Origin: a virus
Direction: 5' to 3' (one strand)
DNA length: 64,000 nt
IMG/VR virus record: IMGVR_UViG_3300042402_003259
Span: 1 to 64,000 of that record
Of the stretch, positions 59,903-64,000 are shown piece after piece. The notes beneath the pieces are model-generated. The model was not told where the DNA came from. It did no database searches and saw only the letters and a program-made list of their open reading frames with translations. Each line of letters starts with the position of its first letter. Positions within the stretch are counted from its first letter, which is position 1. The position numbers and the translations under genes are program-made.

Positions 59903-60528
59903 ATTTCAATTTGCCAAAGCTGCTTCTGAAAAATCTTAAAATTCATCTGAACGTCGTACATGGAATTGTGAAGCATATTCTCATCGAAGTCAATCTTATA
60001 TTCTTTCAATTGAGTTTTAATGCTTGTCTTTAAACCTTTCTCACGAAAGTCATTTAATCTATATTGCCAAAAAGTAAAATCAGAATCTCTTTGAGGTTTT
60101 AAATTCTTTTTAATAGCTTTGGCTAGACAATTTGTATCTATTATTCTCTTTACATAAGAGAAGTCGCTCTTCTTGCCCATTAATTTTCTGTATGTATTAT
60201 GAATATATACATCAAATCCAAGAAGATTCTGTCCTATAATAAGGTATTGATCGTCATAGATATAGTCTTCAAAAGCTGCCAAAACTTCTTTTGGATCGGC
60301 GGCTAATGAATGGTATTTACGCTCATCAAAATGAGTAACTAGCTTTGCGCCTTCAGAAAGCTTCAAATCAGGCCAATAGATATGATTGTCTACTTCTTTA
60401 ATTATGTTACTTCCTTTTGCAATTAAATAACTTAATTGCCAAGGCTTATTGCTATCATCAAGTAGATTTAGATGACAGGTTTCGAAATCGAAACAAATAT
60501 ACTTTTGTTCTTTATTAAATCGTAGCAT
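59899..60528 (-). CDS. DEDDh 3'-5' exonuclease (DnaQ-like)
   Basis: FDFET, GQN..GFD, IDT, HNSMYDV. Confidence 0.9.
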   Translation of the reverse strand: MLRFNKEQKYICFDFETCHLNLLDDSNKPWQLSYLIAKGSNIIKEVDNHIYWPDLKLSEGAKLVTHFDERKYHSLAADPKEVLAAFEDYIYDDQYLIIGQNLLGFDVYIHNTYRKLMGKKSDFSYVKRIIDTNCLAKAIKKNLKPQRDSDFTFWQYRLNDFREKGLKTSIKTQLKEYKIDFDENMLHNSMYDVQMNFKIFQKQLWQIEI

Positions 60529-61273
60529 TTTCTTCCTTCCAAGCTTCGAAGCTGAATTTGTCGCTGCAAAAATGAGGTAGTTCTGGTTTCTCCAAAGAAC
60601 GATCTTTACCGAAAGATCGATTACAGATTATCTTATAAGCCATAAAAGCTTTGACATCTGATTTCTTGTTGTAATAGATACTTCGAACTTTAACCATTGG
60701 CAGATCATTGTTTGTAGAGAATTCTCTGACCTTCTCCTCAAGTATATAATCTAAAGCTAGATCGTTCTGCTCATAGAACAATGTAGCTTTTGTAAAAGAC
60801 AAATCTGGCACCGCGTTTCCAAAAGAAAGATTGTTTATATAAATAAACGAATCATAAAAAGGAATAGCGAGCTTGAGAGAGTTTTCATTCCACAACTCTT
60901 TCAACTCGCTATAACTTAGAAATCCAGAATTAGCGCAAAAAGCTTTTGAATATATTTTATTCAGAAGTTTGCACCCAATATCATCTTTGGCGAAGATGAT
61001 TACTTTATGTTGACTGCCTTCATCTTCTGGAAGAGCAGAGTTTCTCATTGAAAGTCTAAGACCAAATATTAATTGAATACCCATTTCTTTGCTGCGCTTG
61101 TACGCTTCAAAGAATCCAATCAATGAGTCTTCGACTAAAATGATTTGTTTTAGACCGTTATCTTTAGCGATTTTAAATACGCTATCTGATCCTCCTTCAG
61201 TAACTTTCTTGGGATCATCTAAAGTTAGTATAGATTTTCCTATACTAAAGTGTGACTTGAACAATGGCAGCAT
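60515..61273 (-). CDS. stand-alone PHP domain of Pol III alpha
   Basis: SHFS...SIL, A...GL..I.L.ED, G..E.Y, I..IFG, AK...G...L.KIYS. Confidence 0.85.
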   Translation of the reverse strand: MLPLFKSHFSIGKSILTLDDPKKVTEGGSDSVFKIAKDNGLKQIILVEDSLIGFFEAYKRSKEMGIQLIFGLRLSMRNSALPEDEGSQHKVIIFAKDDIGCKLLNKIYSKAFCANSGFLSYSELKELWNENSLKLAIPFYDSFIYINNLSFGNAVPDLSFTKATLFYEQNDLALDYILEEKVREFSTNNDLPMVKVRSIYYNKKSDVKAFMAYKIICNRSFGKDRSLEKPELPHFCSDKFSFEAWKEENATI

Positions 61274-61296
61274 TCTCCATAAACCTTAGCAAGAAC

Positions 61297-62346
61297 TTAA
61301 AACTTGTCAAGGTCGAAATCGTCTGTGGCTTCAACTGGTTTTGGTTTAAAACAAGGACATCCATCGTATTTATTTTTTACTATCTTCTCTCCTTCTGCTA
61401 ATTTAATTTTCTGCAACTCTTTTTTAGTAAACGCGGACTTCTTAATCTTTTCATCTTTGTCTACAATTGCATAATAATCAAATCCAAATTTATAAGTGCA
61501 ATACCACATTGGAGTACCGTCTTTTTTAATTTGATTTGGTTGTTTAGCGAATCCACAAAGAAGTTTGCCAGCAAAACTTCCATCTTTAGGCATACCTTGA
61601 TTTGCTGCCATATTAGATATAGCCGTCTTTTCTGTAAAAGAATCGGCGTATTTTTGATAGCCAGTCAGTTCATGCTCAAAGCCAAGAAGTTCATACTTAT
61701 CTTTAGCTTCCATAGGCATAACTCCATCAGCATTTAAATCCTGTTTCAAGAACAAGAATTCCATTTTGATATCTTTGAGGTGAGGATAAAGCTTTCTAAT
61801 AGCAAGAGTGTACATATAATCTTGTAGATTATCGGTAACTTCTTTGCCCTCGTATTTCTTTTTATTAGTCTTGAAGTCTCTAATTAATACAATTCCATGA
61901 TCGCCATAAATAAAAAGTTTATCGATGAAACCTTTTATTTTATAGCTGATATCTTCTTCTTGAACTGTAATCTCGAAATCTTTTTCTGAAATGACTTCTG
62001 TTGGAGTCCCGTACTTATTACCGAAAAAATCATACATCAATCCGTTCAAGGCCATTGAGCAAATATTTTCTAAGTCTGATTCGGTATTAAGATCTTTTCT
62101 CTTAATATGTTTATGAACCATTCTTTTAATAGCTTTAGATGCAAAGATATTTTTCTTCTTTATGATTAAATCATAATGTTTTTTATGTCTGGACGAGCCA
62201 AGACATTCAAGAATGATATGCACAGTATCGCCAATTAAAGCTCCAGAATTTGTTTTATCTGGTAACTTCAATACATATTTGCACCAATACTGCCATGAGC
62301 AGGATTTTAATGTCTTTATTTTGCTGGCTGATAAAGTTTCCTTCAA
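61297..62346 (-). CDS. PD-(D/E)XK nuclease (RecB/Cas4-like)
   Basis: LSASKI..L.SC, G..VH, KGFIDK, RDFKT, LQ..MY. Confidence 0.85.
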   Translation of the reverse strand: MKETLSASKIKTLKSCSWQYWCKYVLKLPDKTNSGALIGDTVHIILECLGSSRHKKHYDLIIKKKNIFASKAIKRMVHKHIKRKDLNTESDLENICSMALNGLMYDFFGNKYGTPTEVISEKDFEITVQEEDISYKIKGFIDKLFIYGDHGIVLIRDFKTNKKKYEGKEVTDNLQDYMYTLAIRKLYPHLKDIKMEFLFLKQDLNADGVMPMEAKDKYELLGFEHELTGYQKYADSFTEKTAISNMAANQGMPKDGSFAGKLLCGFAKQPNQIKKDGTPMWYCTYKFGFDYYAIVDKDEKIKKSAFTKKELQKIKLAEGEKIVKNKYDGCPCFKPKPVEATDDFDLDKF

Positions 62347-63422
62347 AGCTTTAGACTTTCTAAATAATTTTTAAGGATAGAAATAGTTTTCTTATCCTTA
62401 TCGTTATTATATACATAATCAAAAATGTATTCTACTTGAGTTATTCTATCTCGCTTCTTATTTTCCCATCTTTCCATCGAAATACCTTTCTCCAGCATTT
62501 CGCCAAAGTCTTTGCAGATAGGAAGTTTAATCTTAACCTTATCGATATCGATATATTTAATAAGCTTAAGGAATATCTTTATAGCTGCTTGAAGTCCGCG
62601 ATTGTCAGTTTTATCAGCGTCATTGTTTGTAGAAACGACAACTTCGTCTACAGATAAAGACATTAAATAAGACAACTGTTTAGAACTAATCTCCAAACCA
62701 AATACTACAAGATGATTATAATATCCTTGTTGAGACAATGCGAGACTATCTCCAATGCCTTCTACAAGAATGATTGAGCGTTTTTCTTCGATAGTCTTTT
62801 TAAATATATTATCATCTTCAGATTGTAGATTGATTGGATATATCCAGTTGCCTTTTCTACCAATGTGTTTCCACTTTGGAGCAGGAGCATTTGGTTTCCA
62901 AAGCAAATGTCTGCCGCTAATTCCAATCACTTTTTTATTTTCATCAAATATTGGAAACACGAAACGGCCATTCATTTTTCCAGACATTGAAAAACCAGAT
63001 CGATAGATCTCTAGAATTTCAGAACTAATGCATTTCTTGTTATAAAAATCATAATGAGGAAGCAAGGTCTTTACTTCATCGTGGTCGAAAAATTGATCTG
63101 ATTCCATTTTAGGTGTTCTGATTGATTCTATACAAGGATCATTATTATTCTTAATCGAATGCAAGATTTCTTCTATCTGAGAATCGTCTTTGCAAGAAAG
63201 CTCAAGAAGTCTTTTAAAGGGTTGATAAGAAGTGTTTGCTACGAAATCTTTCCAGATTCCGGTATCTTTCCAAATTTGTAGAGCGGTTCTATTATCTCCA
63301 TCACGATAAACAGCATTACATTGCCAATACTTGCCACGATCTGAGAGTTGATATCCAAGATCGATTAAAGTTTTTTCTATGAGTTCTGCTTGATTATTAA
63401 TCGAGGTTAGGTACGTCGTCAT
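62343..63422 (-). CDS. DNA primase (TOPRIM); start uncertain
   Basis: RFVFPI.D....IGISGR, KW.H, LVEGIGD.LAL, NND. Confidence 0.88.
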   Translation of the reverse strand: MTTYLTSINNQAELIEKTLIDLGYQLSDRGKYWQCNAVYRDGDNRTALQIWKDTGIWKDFVANTSYQPFKRLLELSCKDDSQIEEILHSIKNNNDPCIESIRTPKMESDQFFDHDEVKTLLPHYDFYNKKCISSEILEIYRSGFSMSGKMNGRFVFPIFDENKKVIGISGRHLLWKPNAPAPKWKHIGRKGNWIYPINLQSEDDNIFKKTIEEKRSIILVEGIGDSLALSQQGYYNHLVVFGLEISSKQLSYLMSLSVDEVVVSTNNDADKTDNRGLQAAIKIFLKLIKYIDIDKVKIKLPICKDFGEMLEKGISMERWENKKRDRITQVEYIFDYVYNNDKDKKTISILKNYLESLKL

Positions 63423-64000
63423 CGTTATCTTTAGCTACAGTTGCGGTTGCGCTTAGAGAATCGACGATATCTCTATAATCACCTTTTTCAGTGACACAGA
63501 AATTAGCAATTTCTAGGTTAATAAAATTCTTTTTAAGGCTTCCATCAGGAAGTTTTACTGGATTAATAGCTCCAGCAATGTCTTTACCCAAATGACGGGC
63601 TTTAATATTAATTAATTTATGAGTGCCGTAACCAGCTTCATTCTGTAATTCATCAAATGTTTTCTGACGAAGAATAAACATATGAGATGAAAACTGAGTG
63701 ATTCGATCTGATAGGGAGACGATGCTTTCATCATCAGTTACGTTAGCCGCGCTCTTGTTTGTTACGATACCTGCGCGATTAGACTGAACTGAAGTCATCA
63801 TTGAAATACATGGACCTTTGTCGCTCTTAATATCTCTTTGAATACAACGCTTATATTTATCCACCATTTCGCCAACAAGCTGCCATTCATTTTTGTTACC
63901 GCTGTTTTCGCTTGTTGTTTTAATATAATCGAAGCTGAAAATAAGAGGATTACCTCGACCAATTTTTGAATAATAAAAACGCTTCAATACGCTTATTTGA
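63397..64000 (-). CDS. dnaB: replicative DnaB-like helicase (C-terminal part)
   Basis: FDYIK, SVQSNR, SDRI, KARH; frame open to window end. Confidence 0.85.
   Translation of the reverse strand, partial: QISVLKRFYYSKIGRGNPLIFSFDYIKTTSENSGNKNEWQLVGEMVDKYKRCIQRDIKSDKGPCISMMTSVQSNRAGIVTNKSAANVTDDESIVSLSDRITQFSSHMFILRQKTFDELQNEAGYGTHKLINIKARHLGKDIAGAINPVKLPDGSLKKNFINLEIANFCVTEKGDYRDIVDSLSATATVAKDNDDDVPNLD

Noticed and set aside
61297-62346. Cas4 as part of a CRISPR-Cas system
   Set aside because: No array or other cas genes; the context is the replication module
1023-63006. Most short plus-strand ORFs in the track (e.g. 36875-37372, 49768-50115)
   Set aside because: Antisense shadows of well-supported minus-strand genes
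1-64000. Stop-codon reassignment
   Set aside because: Long conserved genes are intact in code 11, TAA/TAG/TGA all end genes, and there is no suppressor tRNA

Overview
This is 64 kb of a large (probably jumbo-class) AT-rich tailed bacteriophage genome, almost all on the minus strand, read in the standard genetic code. 1-16 kb is a dense array of small hypothetical early-type genes, including 5 YopX paralogs, a macro-like protein and an RMF-like peptide. 16.9-20.2 kb is a tRNA island with 10 tRNAs. Two of them, Leu-UAA and Lys-UUU, are split after U33 by paralogous ORF-less group I introns. The island also holds a ~600-nt highly structured non-coding RNA, two small structured RNAs, boxA-like leaders and a free-standing HNH gene. 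20-41 kb carries RuvB, a SET-domain protein, deaminases, ThyX, a phosphoesterase, a pseudopilin, a C5 methyltransferase, rIIA/rIIB, UvsE and HNH endonucleases. 41-47 kb is a membrane/signalling block: beta-barrel, TM-PAS, ankyrin-class III cyclase, MscS-like protein and a lipoprotein. 48-64 kb carries dUTPase, glycosyltransferases, a tubulin/FtsZ homologue, a Clp ATPase, Pol III alpha split over three genes (PHP, exonuclease, core), a PD-(D/E)XK nuclease, primase and DnaB. Three more tRNAs lie outside the island. Two promoter classes can be seen: sigma70-like TTGAC..TAnnnT, and GTGTAA-N8-ATG. All calls come from motifs read by eye; no database searches were run.
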